From NCBI GenBank assembly GCA_040357565.1, contig JBDODJ010000032.1: a stretch of 64,000 nucleotides of DNA; one strand, 5' to 3'. Shown here in pieces: positions 1 to 12,380 of this stretch; positions within the stretch are counted from its first letter, which is position 1, and every line of letters begins with the position of its first letter. The notes under the pieces are model-generated. The model saw only the letters and a list, made by a program, of their open reading frames with translations. It was not told the origin of the DNA and searched no databases. This DNA comes from Cercozoa sp. M6MM. Its lineage: Eukaryota; Protista; Endomyxa: Ascetosporea. Made by a program: the position numbers and the translations under genes.

Positions 1-682
1 GCTTCGTCTCTCGCCCGACGGCGCGATCGACGAGGTCGGCCGACACGCCGTACTCGGCGAAGGGAAAGCCGGCGTAGCGATCGCTTTCGCCCCTGTCGTC
101 GTCGGGACTGTCAGCGCCGCGAAGCGTCACATTTCGACAGCCGTGACACGAGATCAGCGCTGCGTAACGCTTCTGCGCATCGCAACTGTCGCTCGCATTT
201 CGAAATCAAAGCAAAGCAAAGCTGTACCGACTGGAGATCATCGCGTCCGACGCCGAGTTGTGCCTGCGAAATCCAGCGAAAACGCATCGGGATGGCGAAA
301 TAACACTCAAAGCAAAAGCAAGCACCAGTGGAGGCGCTAGGGGCCACAGGTGCAGCTCCGACGGACGCCACAGCAAGGCTACGATAGAACCCAGCAGAGT
401 CACCACTGTGTCACTGTGCAGACGCACGGGACGCGTCGCAATCACTGCGCCGCGCGGAATAATCACGTGCTCGCAAGTGCGCATTGCCTTCTGCAGCGCC
501 TCCGTGTCGTCAGCGACGCCATCGCCGATCGCGCCGATTTCCAGCACGTCGCAAGTCCTCGCTCGAGTTGCTACACCGAGTTCCGAAGTCAGATTGAGTG
601 CTTTCGGTGCACGCGCGTCACTTTCGTCTCCCGAACACGCGAGCAGCAGCAGCAGCAGCAAAACGCGCGTGTTCTGGAACAT
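1..682 (-). CDS. GH28 (polygalacturonase-like) / pectin-lyase-fold protein, N-terminal part; runs off the window
   Basis: Signal peptide MFQNTRVLLLLLLLACSG, then CDVLEIGAIGDGVADDTEALQKAMRTCEHVIIPRG, the GAxGDGxxDDTxA motif that begins GH28/Pectate_lyase_3 beta-helices. Downstream exons unclear. Confidence 0.7.
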
Positions 683-1157
683 CGCACTCGCTTTTGATCG
701 CAGAGTCGCAACTTCCAATCCTGCTTCGAAACACCTGCGACGCCGATCGGGCGCTACCAAGCGTCGTTTTAAGCACTATAGACACGCACCTAACACGTCG
801 CTGGCTCTAGCTCGGCCCCTAGGAAGAGTTGATTTTTGTTTTAATTTTCTAGCCCGGCCCTGCTTGACCACCGCCCGCTCAGTGCGTTTGCGTTTGATGA
901 CCTGCAGCTCGAGTAAACACTATACAGTGCACTGATCTGCATTGAGGTCTCATAGGGAGTCTGTGTGTGCCAAGAATGCAGTCAAGCGAGCCAACGGGGG
1001 TCAGTTTGTTGGTGTTTTCCGGTCCGTTAGTGTATGTCTCAACTCGTGTGTGCGCAGCCTTCGGCGCCGCAGTGGACAAATGACACGGACAATCCGCCCC
1101 CTTTCTCGCCACAGGTTGATTTGCTTTCGACTGAAGGGAATTGAACGAGTGCGTGAC

Positions 1158-1928
1158 ATGTGGACTGAAGCACAGGGCAATGTGGGCTACGTGGAACCCC
1201 AAGGGCACGTGCAGCCCCAAGCACATTACTACGGCCAGCCAGCACAGTACCACCAGCCGGTATACCAGCAGCCTGCACCCATGGTACACGCCAGGAGGGT
1301 TTTATTTCCTGTATTTGTGCTGTGACTCGAAATAAAACATGCGCACAGCAAATGCAAGCAATGCAGCCCCATCATCAACAGCCACAGCAGCAGTACCAGC
1401 CACCGCAACAGTATCAACAGCATCAACATCCTCCTCAGTACCAGCAACAGCAGCAGCAGCGTCCACACCACCAGCAACAGCCGGTGAGTCAGCCCAGACA
1501 TGGTGCCATCCAGATGTCCAACAAGAAGAAACGTCGGTGCAAACTGTACCACAACTGGGAGGTCGCCGATGATCCCAAATGTGACTGCACGTCGTGTTGC
1601 ATCGTACTCTTGTTCTGCTCGAGCTGTCTTTTCTTCCCTCTTTCTCACTTGGCGACTTGACCCAGGGCTGTCTGACTTGCGGCATTGCGACCGTGCAGTC
1701 GCGCGAGGAGTGCCGAGAGTACGACACAGACTTAACTATCACTCTTTGCTGATGTTCATTCGTTCTGTAGCTGTCAGGAGGGCGCTCGTGTTCGACGACT
1801 GGTGAGTTTTGCGCTGACACAGTCAGGCTTAAGTACTCGTACGCTCAACACTATAAGGGAACGCGTGAATTGTGCAGTGCCTGTTCGAGTTCTGCTGTGC
1901 TCCGCGTGCCGTCAAACGTCAGCACTAA
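1158..1928 (+). CDS. Gln/Pro/Tyr-rich protein with Cys-rich C-terminus (BRI3/CYSTM-like)
   Basis: Spliced model MWTEAQG...QPAPM|QMQAMQPHHQQPQQQYQPP...CKLYHNW...CDCTSCCI|GCLTCGIATVQSREECRD|CQEGARVRRL|CLFEFCCAPRAVKRQH* with GT-AG introns. Family call tentative. Confidence 0.55.
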
Positions 1929-2029
1929 CGCCTTTCGCAGCCGTCCCGTGCCATATGCAATGCCAAAACTAAACACTGCCGTACGGTAGGCTACGCCTGC
2001 ATGTGCATCATGGCGACATGGGCGTTGGA

Positions 2030-3228
2030 GCCACGCCATGACGACTCGTGGCACGGAGCTCAGAGTTTGGGCGAATACCGTACGGTAGCGTACATCAGGA
2101 TATACTGCAAGACGATCACAGAGCCACAAATTCGTATCGATATCGATAACTCACTTTTCTAGCGCCTGGGCCATCCGCGCAGAGCGGCACAATTTGAGTC
2201 AGTCCGTAACGCAGATGCAAGCATACAGCAGTTGTTCTAATTCGAGTTTACGTGAGTGCCGTGCGTGGACCCGAGCTTTTGCTAGTAGAGCAGGAAAATT
2301 AGTCAACCAGCTTGGCAGGGATGATTGTCCGCGCTGACGGAGCTGACTGTGTTTCTTGAGTAAAGTGACTGTTGGGGCGACGTTTTAAAGTGGAGCACTT
2401 TAGAGAACAAAACCTGACCATCACGGCAAATTCCTCGCCGATGGTGCGTTTCCAGTTTTTGCAGTTGGAGCTGTTTTTGTGCAATTTACTTTTCTGTGCT
2501 TAAAAACAGGAGAGAACAGCTTCTGCAAAGTACCTGCGTTTGGGGCGCCGCGAGTCACAGATTGGAAAAGGTTGGAACTGGGTTTGGAGCTTCAAACCTA
2601 CTGGGTGGAAGATCGAGTTCCTCGAGGAGCTAGGGCACTCATGCATCGTTTTTGATCCGCCGAAGGGGCACACTGGTCGAATTCGGGTTGCTTTCACAGG
2701 TACCGAGTTAATGCCTACAGGTGTCACAGAACAAGACTATCGTTTCCGCTATTTTTTCGAAATTTAGCGATAGATACGCCACACAGTAGCAAGCCCGTTG
2801 TGCAAGAAAAAGGAACGACAGCAAAGCTGAGTAACGTCGCAACAGTGTCTCGTTTCGTGCCGGTTGGTTCGGGCGTCGGCGAGCAAGCTCCAGAGTCAGA
2901 GCCGTTTCGTTTGGTCACCAGTTTCGATTACGGACGTCGACAAACCCTCCGTTGGACGCCAGTGGAGCGGGTTGCAATGAGAGGAGTCGACATCCGCAAC
3001 TTTCCCGTTCTGGTTCGGGGCGAAGAAGAACAAAAGTTGCTTGACCTTCACGAAAGTGCATACGACCACACCGGACAGCGACCGAACGATGGAGCCTGCT
3101 CGCAACATCTGGAGGCAGCGTGCTTGAATCATTGGGTACGCGCTCTGTTGAATGAGCTGCCTTCAGGAATGCTGTCTGTGATGGAAGTTGAATCTCGCGA
3201 GGAATACCGAGTTTTCGGTTTGGTGTAA
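2030..3228 (+). CDS. Hypothetical multi-exon protein
   Basis: Coding-like ORFs 2540-2767 and 2800-3228 separated by intron-like sequence. No recognisable motif; start uncertain. Confidence 0.35.
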
Positions 3229-3598
3229 CCTGCCCCAAAACGATTTCGTTCACCACACCGATTCAAGACAAACTAATAAACACCTTGCAACAGGTTTTTC
3301 CACCAAAGATGAAAACGCCATCAGTATAAATTTAGTGTGATCTCGTCGTTTCTTTTGTTTTGGGTCTCGAACCAGTTTTCAGCTGCACGCGTGAGGCTTC
3401 GGACTTTGCTTCTCATGCCATTGGGATTTATTGCGGAGCGCGAAGCTTAGATACCCATACGCTTGGGCGGCAGGTATATCAAACGCCCGAGAGTTTATCT
3501 TGCCTCACTGTTTTCCCTGCCGTTTCTTGCGCAGCTTCCCAAAACGTGAGCTCGTTCGCTCAGCGCTGTTGCGTAGTTTGCGTGCGTTTCAGCGGTTC

Positions 3599-5175
3599 AT
3601 GTCATCGATAGTCGACGCATTGGCCGATGTACTGCCAAAGGAATCTCTGCCTTGGCAGATAGGAGCACAGGTTCATGTACATTGGACCACCGTTTGCAGC
3701 ACGGCGTCGGGTCACCTGCCATCATGGTGGAACGAGCGTGTGCTTGAAAACTTGCACCCACGAAACCCGACATTCGCATCGCTAATTCTGCTGCTGCTGC
3801 TCGTGGAACAGTTTTTGTGTGCCCTTGCTGCCTGGTTTACGGAACTGCGAGGCGACAGTACCGCAAAGGCAGAACACAGCGAAAGTCTCGAACGCGAGGC
3901 ACTGCTTGCCACTTCTGACTCTGTGACAACGCGTCGACGTGCTCGCACAACCAGTGGTGCCGGCACTAATGTCGAAAAGCGGGATTCGCCTCCAACGGAG
4001 GCAAGCAAGACTGATGCTACCTCGGCAACAAGCACTGGAACCCTTCCGGGGAAACTCCGGACACGCAAGCCGCGCGGCAACGGCGCGGGCACAGTAACAC
4101 TGAACACCTTTGATATACTCAAGATCACGGCAGTGGTCGCCATGATCGTCGACCACATCGGATTCTTCCAAGTGTTCCTGCCACCGTCGGCTTTTCCGTG
4201 GTGCCGCGCCATCGGTCGCATCAGTGGCCCACTCTTCTACTTCTTAATTGGCTTCTCGAGAAACTACGACTTCCGCTGGAAACTGTGGTTGACGGCTCTC
4301 AGTATGGTCGTGAGCAACACGGTACCTCGTAGAACTTACTTATCTTCACGCCGATGTTTTGTTTCATTTACCGGCTTGACAGCACTTCAATTTGTTCGTG
4401 CCAATCGCCGACACCATCACCAACATCCTGCTTACCCGCCGCGTGATGAAAGCGCTACCGTTGCACGCAATGACCCGCAGTGTCCCGAACATGTGCGCCA
4501 CCTTGCTGGTGTCGGCGGTAGTGAACTCACTGTACTACGGTGAGGTGGTCGATTACGGCACAACTTGCTTCAACTTCATGCTTCTTGGCTGGATGTCCCG
4601 TGATATTAGCCTGCGCTGGTACAGAAATTTACTTCAATTTATCCTTTTGTTATCATTTGGCGTTGCTCGTAGGAGTACGCGTCGTTTGTTCTGGCTCACT
4701 GTGGTTGCACTGGATCACGGTGCACACAGCGTGATGGTGTTCGGGCGCGACCGACAAGACCTGAAAGAGTTCATCTGCGCCTTCTGGGCGTTTGCTGTCT
4801 CCACCATGCTTCTGGTACCGTGGCTGCTCGAGTCGCTTATCTCAAATTGCGAGTATTGTTGCCTCTCAACGTAGATGCGTCTAGTGCGAGTGACGACTAT
4901 CAAGACGAACAAGAAACAAAAGGCCAGTCGGTTTAAGTCAGCGCTACTCGCAGTAGCGGCATTTTTGGTGCGCGTCCTGTCGCGTGAGACACTTCCACTG
5001 TACGTGACGCACATGCTACTACTCAAAATGGAGTGGCTTTTGCAATACCGTAAACTGAACTTATTTTATCCTCTTCTGCGTTCTCCACTTGCTCTGGCTT
5101 TTTTCTCTCATTCGTTTCATTCCTTGGATAGACATCTACTTTGTAAATCAACTGTACGGCGGAAGACAGGAGTAG
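3599..5175 (+). CDS. TraX-family (pilin acetylase-like) multi-pass membrane protein with N-terminal extension
   Basis: TFDILKITAVVAMIVDHIGFF...WCRAIGRISGPLFYFLIGFSRN fits the TraX signature LKxxAxxxMxxDH...GRxxxPxFxF. C-terminal TLPLYVTHMLLL fits the LxxYxxH end motif. Several GT-AG introns. Confidence 0.7.
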
Positions 5176-5695
5176 CGTACAGGAGACTCTCCATCTCTGC
5201 AGACTGTTAGCGCACACGTACAGCGACAGCGTCGTCCACGCCGAGCTCGCCGAACTCGCAGGGCCGCATCCTCATGTTTAGTTTAACTTACTGTAAATTT
5301 ACTGTACCCGGAAACTTGTCGGTGAACTTACAGTAACGAAGTCCGCGCTGGCCGTGTTAGTTGGTTCAGTCTACGAAGAAATACCACCACCCGCTTGTAT
5401 TAATATTAGGACTGGGTCATCGAACTCTCCTTCTGAAGTTCCCCAGGACATCTTCTTCGCGCGCTTCAAGGTTGGTATACATATGAACGTCAACTGACAC
5501 TGGGCTCCTACTGCCGCTGGGCTAGGTCCGCCGAAAGACTGCAGGGCTGCGCACGCTTAAGACTTCCCCCACTTACATACAGTCTGGACTGAAGCTCTCA
5601 GTAGGTCAGGATACCAGCGAACACACGTCAAAATCTTCCTTGAGGATTTTGGTAAGTTGTAGGGTTCTTATCGTATGATGTAACAGGTAAATTGG

Positions 5696-6756
5696 CTACC
5701 GGCGTCCCTTGCGGTTGCCGCGCTTCTTGCGCCCCTTGTGACCACGAGTGTTCTTTTTCCTTCTGCGCAGACGAGCGCGGGATAGAGAGTTAACTCAGAG
5801 AAACACAGACACAGAAACAAGCGAACGCACCCTCTGCTGGAATCTTTTTGTTCCGTCTGCTTCAGTTCAACTTCCTCTGACGTCTGCTGACTGCGCGTTT
5901 CGGGCTGGTAGGTCCAGTCGGGGTCAGGGAGGAAACGTTCCAGGCGGAAGGCCGAAACGCCTGTCAAGAATTGTGTTTGATATCTATTAAGTATACGATA
6001 GAGTATGAAAAATCAATGGACCATTGAGGTAGTGTCGACGCAGATAGGCCGTTCGAACAAAGCCAAGACGGCCATAGAGCGTCAAAGCGGCCACATTTGT
6101 TTCCTCTGTTTCCAACACGACGCGACGAGCACCCATTGCACAGGCTCGTCGCACCACCTCCTGCACACACCACCAGACATGCACGCAATCATAGACACGG
6201 ACGCACCCATAATGCCAAACGCAGACTGGTACCTGAACGAGATGACGCGCCAGGCCCTTGCGACGACACTCGGAGCGCACAGCGAGCATCGCGATGATGC
6301 CGTGCTTTTCCTGCTGCGCCGGCGTGCTCTCCAGCAGCACCATGTCGGAGCCATCGCCGATCTTGGCCACAATGACACCTTCGTCCCAAAACACACCAAT
6401 CACGGGCTCACAGCACACCACTAACCTAGATAACACCAAACGAACCCACAGTCTCCCCATGCACCTCTGCAAACAGCGTCAGAGTCGGGTTTTGCAAATA
6501 GAAGCCTCGGTAGGTCATCTGGACAAATGCAACAAATCAATCGACTTTCCCTACTATCCGTGAAATTATCCCGATTTTACGGTAGTGTACGGCTCCGACA
6601 GTGTCTCTTCGACCAACGAGCGCAGCTTCACCAAGTCGCCCTTCTCCTCCGACTCTGAAAAACTGAAAACAATTATTTGCTGGTCGCAAACAACACAAAC
6701 AGAGCGCACGCACCAAAATGTCGCAAAACGACATCATCCAATGTAAAGTCCAGCAT
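5696..6756 (-). CDS. NAA30: N-alpha-acetyltransferase 30 (NatC catalytic subunit) family
   Basis: Spliced motifs LSEPYTT|MTYRGF, IAMLAVRSECRRKGLARHLV and VVLETEETNVAALTLYGRLGFVRTAYLRRHYLNG|VSAFRL; basic C-terminal tail. Confidence 0.85.
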
Positions 6757-7019
6757 CTCACACGCTCTCGCAGTGTTTTACGCAGCCATTTTGGTCTTGA
6801 CGCTGAGCGGAACGCCGGAAGCAGATTTTGTCATTTTTAAAAGAAAAACTCTGAAATGGCCATCTGATGCGAGATCTTCGACACAAGACAGCTCTCGAAA
6901 GAGGTGTAGAGGTTAGCAAACCAGGGCGTGCGCTTGACTGAAAAAGTCCTCAAAGCGACGATAAAGTACCAAGAGAATAAAAAGGCCCATCTCCTGACTC
7001 GAGGGGTACGATATCGCCC

Positions 7020-8864
7020 CTATTTGGCGCCCGGCAACCGTCGCAACACAAACACAAACGCAAGCATGCCTTGTCCACGTGCGCCCATGTGGATCTGAGA
7101 GCACGAAACTCCGTTAAAAAAAAGAACGAACTGGAACTGAACAGGGTCAAAACTGTACCTCCCGCACGGGCTCGGCCAGCTGCCACATTTTGCGTCTAAT
7201 ACTGCGGCGCAGCAGCTTCTTTTGGATGCACAGCAGCACAGCAATGCCGCCTACACAGCGATATCAAAGAAAATTAAAAAAAAAACACACACACACACAA
7301 ATGGTCCAATCTGGACAGTAAAAAAAAAAAACGGCATACCAGGGCACAGCACGCGATGCAGTGCGTCCAGCGTGCGTGGGTACAACTCGCGATTCGCCCG
7401 GAAGGTTGAATGCCGCGTGCCGAACGGCAAATCGATCAGAGCGAGGTCCCAGTTGCCACTGACACACAGTTTCCAGTTCCGGTCAATCCCTCCACAGGTC
7501 TATGTGTGTGTTTGTGCTGTGTACCACTGCAAGGCAAACGCGTCGAAGGCGTCATTATCACAGATGTCGACACACTGCGGCGCACACTGCGTCAGTTGCG
7601 ACTGCTGCTGCGCCACCTGGATGGCCTCGCTGTCGACGTCGCTGCCGATCAGTCTCGCTCTGTGGGAAGGGGGTAACGGAGGGGGTCAGGGCGCAAGGAA
7701 CTGAGTGGGACGTACCGAGGAAAGAAACGCGCAGCTTCCACCAGCGTGGTGCCCGTACCGCACATGGGGTCACCGATCACTAGGTTCGAACCGTCACTAC
7801 GACCAGTCGCACCGTCACTACGATCAGTCGAACCGTCAGTGTGATCAGCAGAACCGTCACTTTGATCAGCTGAACCGTCGGTCACGTGTCTGCGACCCAG
7901 TAGCGCCAGTGCCGCCGCCAGCGACGGGTTCAGCGCCGTCTTGAGTCCGTGCGACCGGTCGCGCCGCTGGTGCAAGTCCGCGCGGATGCACAGACCGGCC
8001 TGCCACCAGTCAGTGTTAATTATCACCGTTAATTATCACCGTTAACAAGTCACCCCGTGGGGAAGCAGAGAAGTAAACCGGACACATACGTGCAGAGAGC
8101 CGTTGTACACGTGCACGAGCACGCCGAGGTGGAAGGCACGCGCGTCGTGCTGCCCGGCCACTCGCGGCCGCACGTGCTGTGCCATGGCCCCAAAGGCGTC
8201 GGGTCCATTGAAGGCGTGTCGTTTCTCCGGGAAGCTGCGCCGCCGTCCGAAAAAGTGAAAGCGCCGCCGGGCAACGTCGCCGTCGCTCGGAACCACGTCA
8301 TCCGCGCGGAAGCGCCGGCGCACCTTGAGCGGCACCGTCGGGTTCTCCGACGCCGACTCGCCGTGCGCACGTGTCCACAGACCCAGTGCAGTGAGAGCAC
8401 CGTCCGTATCAGTCAAACCGTTAGCGGAACCGTCGCTGTCGGCGGAACCGTCACCGTCGGTGGAACCGTCGGTGCGATCAAAGTGGTCAACGCACGTGTG
8501 CGCCGCCGTCAGCAGCGTCGGCATCGTCAGCAGCTCGGGTCGTTCCACATGGCACTGCAGCACAGCCACGCACTCCAACGTCGCCAGGTTCTCCAGTTCC
8601 TCCAGCAGACGCGCCGACGCGCGTGCTCGGAAACACACGACGCCCGTGTTGTTACTGCGGGGGGGGGGGGGGCGCCCTATTTTGGAGTACAAACACTAGA
8701 CACTGAGTACCTCGCAACCACATCGCTCAGAGCACTGTCTCGCACGTTCAGACGCAAGTCCTCTGCCGCAACGTCCTCGAGACCTGCCAGACTTGGGGAT
8801 CAACACGCCAGGTTAACATGAACAACTGCCGTGTACCAAAAGTGGTGATGCCGAAAAAATGCAT
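7020..8864 (-). CDS. THUMP-domain RNA methyltransferase (THUMPD2/THUMPD3/Trm14-like)
   Basis: GLEDVAAEDL at the N-terminus, TALNPSLAAAL, SAM motif DPMCGTGTTLVEAA, and DLPFGTRH...LYP. Confidence 0.85.
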
Positions 8865-9076
8865 TTATCAGGTCGCGAAACAACGCCCTGTCTTGCTCAG
8901 TGTATTATCACGCTCATGCACTCAGCGGAAACTCTATTTAAACCAGTGTCAGTGTAGCCGCACAGAAACCAAAAACCTCGATTTTCTCTGTTGATGTTCT
9001 TAGATTAGAGTGTCTAGTGCCTGTAATTGATTACCTGTAATACAAAACCCACGGAGAGGTGAGTCAGTCAGTCCAA

Positions 9077-9972
9077 TTAGTCCTCGACCTGCTCCTTGGC
9101 CTCGAGGATCTCCGTGAAGGTCAGCACGTCGCGGCCCTCCTCGCGCATCGTGTCGTACTGCACACGAATGCCGAGTTATACCCCCCTTTACCCCCCCCCT
9201 GCCCGGCGTGCAAGCGTACCAGCGTGCCAAACACGGCGAGAATCACGCCAAACAAAACGCCGCCGAACAAGGTGGTCACAATTATCACTGCGCACACGAG
9301 TTTTTTTTAATTAAGGAGGTGCATTTTCAACATTAAGCTCTCCCTTAACTAATTTGATTTTAGTTAAGGCTACCAAACACCAAGAAGAACCAAATCGCCG
9401 CGAACTGCTGCGTCGCATTCGCTGCGGCATACGCGATTTCGTGGCTACAAAAAAAGGGTCAACGTTCCCACAGGACTCGGTCCATTTGGACCGGTCGGCT
9501 CCTTTAACAAAAAGAGCAGAGGGAGGGGGAAACGGTACAAGGCCTCGCCCACAAAGACCTGGAACAGCGACAGCACCGAGTGGCCCAGACTGTCGAAGTG
9601 CGCCTGCAAAAATGAGATGCTTAAGGGGGTGAGATGGTTAAGGGGGTGAGATGCTTAAGGGGGTGAGATGCTTAAGGGGGTAAGAACGCACATCGTAGCC
9701 GAGTTGCCGCCGCACGGCGTCGTCGAAAGTGCCGTAGAACAGCGTCACAGCAACGGTGCCGAAAAAGAAGAAAACGCAGAACAGCAGCAGCAGCAGTGCG
9801 CCGAACTAAGCGGTACATTCGGACCAGTTCGGACAAAGGTGGCTACACGTGGGGTCCATTTGTACACATGGTCCCTTTCGTACCGGTTCGTACGCATGCG
9901 ACAGCACGAACAGGAAGCGGCGCATCGACTTCAGCAGCGCCAGCACGCGGAAGATCGGCAGCGCCATGCCTG
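9077..9972 (-). CDS. Ion-transport (voltage-gated channel superfamily) protein, C-terminal S4-S6 part
   Basis: ALPIFRVLALLKSMRRFL (S4/linker), FCVFFFFGTVAVTLFYG (S5), HFDSLGHSVLSLFQVFVGEAFHEIAY (pore), IWFFLVF..VIIVTTLFGGVLFGVILAVF (S6). The 5' part is lost at the N gap. Confidence 0.75.
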
Positions 9973-9984
9973 AGGGGGGGGGGG

Positions 9985-10084
9985 NNNNNNNNNNNNNNNN
10001 NNNNNNNNNNNNNNNNNNNNNNNNNNNNNNNNNNNNNNNNNNNNNNNNNNNNNNNNNNNNNNNNNNNNNNNNNNNNNNNNNNNN
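9985..10084. other. Assembly gap (100 N) flanked by poly-G / GGGGTAAA repeats
   Basis: Run of n in the sequence. Confidence 1.
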
Positions 10085-10124
10085 TAGGGGGGTAAATAGG
10101 GGGGTAAACAGGGGGGTAAAGCCT

Positions 10125-10953
10125 ACGCTACTGCTCTCCAGCGCCGCCAGTCGCAGCGGCAGCATCTGCGTCGCAAACTGAGCGAACTCGAGCTCGCACA
10201 CCACGTGGCACAGCGAGGCCGGAATCGGCGTTTTCTGCACACAACCGTCACTCAGTACTCGGTCATTGATCGATCAGTGATCGATCATTTTCGATCACTG
10301 ATCGATCGCTTGCGATCACAACAAATTAATCACACCAAATTAATCACACCAACTTAATCACACCAAATTAATCACACCAAATTAATTACAAAAAAATTAA
10401 ATTAATCCTCCCAAAACGAGCGATCATTTTCGATCACTGATCGATCACTCGCGATCACTGATCGATCAGTGTGGGCACTGACCGGGAAGCGGCGCAGCAG
10501 GCGGCGCAGCAGGTCGTCGTGTCGGAAGCGGCGCAGCGCATGCGGCGCCACGCGCGCGTCGCTGCCAACCGAGTCGCCAATGTCCTCCAGCAGCGACACC
10601 AGCGCCTGCTCGCTGTTCCGCGCGGACTGTGTGACCATACGGACCGTACACTTTGTACACCGATACTAACACACCGTCGTACCTCGATCTTCACCAAGGC
10701 GTGATCCTGCAGCGTGCGCTCGCAAATGCCGACGAAGTGCGCGCGCTTGCGGCGCCCGAAAAACGCGCCGGCAGCCACTAGGGCACCCGACACGCCATCG
10801 ACGTCCAGCCGCGCATCTTCCGCGCGTAAGCTGCGGTCACACACGCGCACAAATACCACAAAGACACACGAGACTACGCACAGATTACTCGGCCAGCCGC
10901 CGCAGCAGATCTGCCTCGCTCGTAGCGCCGTCGAGTGCACTAAGATACGACAT
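10125..10953 (-). CDS. N-terminal exons of a helical protein, possibly NELF-B/COBRA1-like
   Basis: Spliced MSYLSALDGATSEADLLRRLADLRAEDARL...GALVAAGAFFGRRKRAHFVGICERTLQDHALVKIE...LVSLLED...LLRRFP|KTPIPASL...QMLPL loosely parallels the NELF-B N-terminus as I recall it. Interrupted by the gap. Confidence 0.35.
10320..10404. repeat. Intronic minisatellite, unit about aaattaatcacacc
   Basis: About 5 tandem copies seen directly. Confidence 0.85.
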
Positions 10954-11079
10954 CTCTTAGCACGTCTGTGCACTGCCTCACGGATCTAAATGCGCTTCCC
11001 ACAGCAAGAGATTTTTATTTTCGGCTAGGGTTGTTTATTTGTTCAGTTCTTGCATTCCAAATGCCCTTCTCAGTCAGCT

Positions 11080-12180
11080 AGAAAACTGGAGCGGTGTACA
11101 GTACTGTACATGAAGACCTTAGTTTGTATCCGATTCAATCGAGCGATTGCCCAGTAGCTGAGCTTGTCGACGGCGTCGTTGGGCCAAGCGGATCCTTGGC
11201 ACCACGTCTTGCCTCATTCACACAGGCACAACACATACAGTAGAGTACCAAAGAGTGGAACCCAACCAACAGAGCGAACGGGATTCAAACTGAAAGGAAC
11301 GTAAGTTTACACCGCGAACTTGACAAATCACAGAGATAGGTTGAAACAGACGAGGTCGCGAACGGTTTAAACAGACGATGAGCCACCGATCCGGCTCTGT
11401 TGATGTCAACCTTGCCGTCGAGTAGGTTGGTGGCATACTGCGACTGGGACAGTTTGGTATCCAAAACCTGACGATAGACCCATTTTTGGACATATGTATC
11501 TTGTGGCAGTGCAGAAGTGCTTTGAGCGCCTCAATCATCGTGCCAGCTGGACTCATCAAACAATGCAAACTGTACAGTAAAATTAGCTGTGACAGCGACA
11601 AAGACAGAACACTCACGCCGAGCCGAGAAAAGGGAATTGCCGCGAGAACTGGTGGAAACAGGAATCAGTTTACGCTCCCAACAAGTTGCCACTCGAATCG
11701 TGTGCGAGCGGCGTAATTGGCAGTTGGATAGAATCCACATGCCAAGTCACATGCGCGCCGTTTCACCGTCTGCAGCACAACAGACAAGCGTTCCAATCTG
11801 TTCCACAACGGAATTGGAAGTCAATTTCATGGCAAACGAAACCTCCAAGTGGTGCAGGTTTGCCGAGATGAGCGTGTGTGCCCATGCATCATTCGGTGCA
11901 GCTGGCAATGCAACGAACATCAGAAGGTCAGTCAGGAGATTCTGCAGCCGAAGCTTCAGTTTAAAACAAAACAAGTTGAAATACCTTCGTGCATTCCAGT
12001 AAATGTGGTCGACATGTCCATCCCCTCGATTGCAAAACTGTTACGCGCTCGTGTTTGTGGCGAATGATCATATCAAGAAAAAGGTATAGTTTACCTTTTC
12101 TACAGTGCATTCTTGGCAACCACGATGGCGTACCCTGTCAGCAATGTACAGCAACACCGAGTCGACCGAGCGTTCTGATG
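11080..12180 (-). pseudogene. Decayed duplicate of the 3' half of the 14640-17702 gene
   Basis: Collinear matching blocks, e.g. tatccgattcaatcgagcgattgcccag at 11127 and 14687, and gtgcaggtttgccgagatgagcgtgtg at 11852 and 15562. One extra base and a deletion in its first exon. Confidence 0.75.
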
Positions 12181-12380
12181 AGAAACGTCGGCAAAACTCC
12201 GGGTCAGTTTTGGGTTTGTTCCCAAAGTGTGCCATTTCAGTTTTTGTCAGACTGTGTCTCAAAAAACTCGCTCTACGCTCTAACTTTCCCAAACTGAGTC
12301 AACTGACCGTCCATACAATCTGGTTTTACGAAGGACAGCTGCCTCTCCAAATTAACTGAAGAAGCGTCCAATCCGACGAA

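Noticed and set aside
5280-5670. Unexplained spacer between TraX-like and NAA30, with a hairpin near 5629-5651; possible Helitron, MITE or ribozyme
   Set aside because: No convincing TIR or TSD, no CTRR end after the hairpin, and no hammerhead core found.
8057-8821. Long antisense ORFs (e.g. 8057-8821 +, 258-935 +, 3712-4221 -)
   Set aside because: Shadows of GC-rich exons on the opposite strand, with no motifs of their own.
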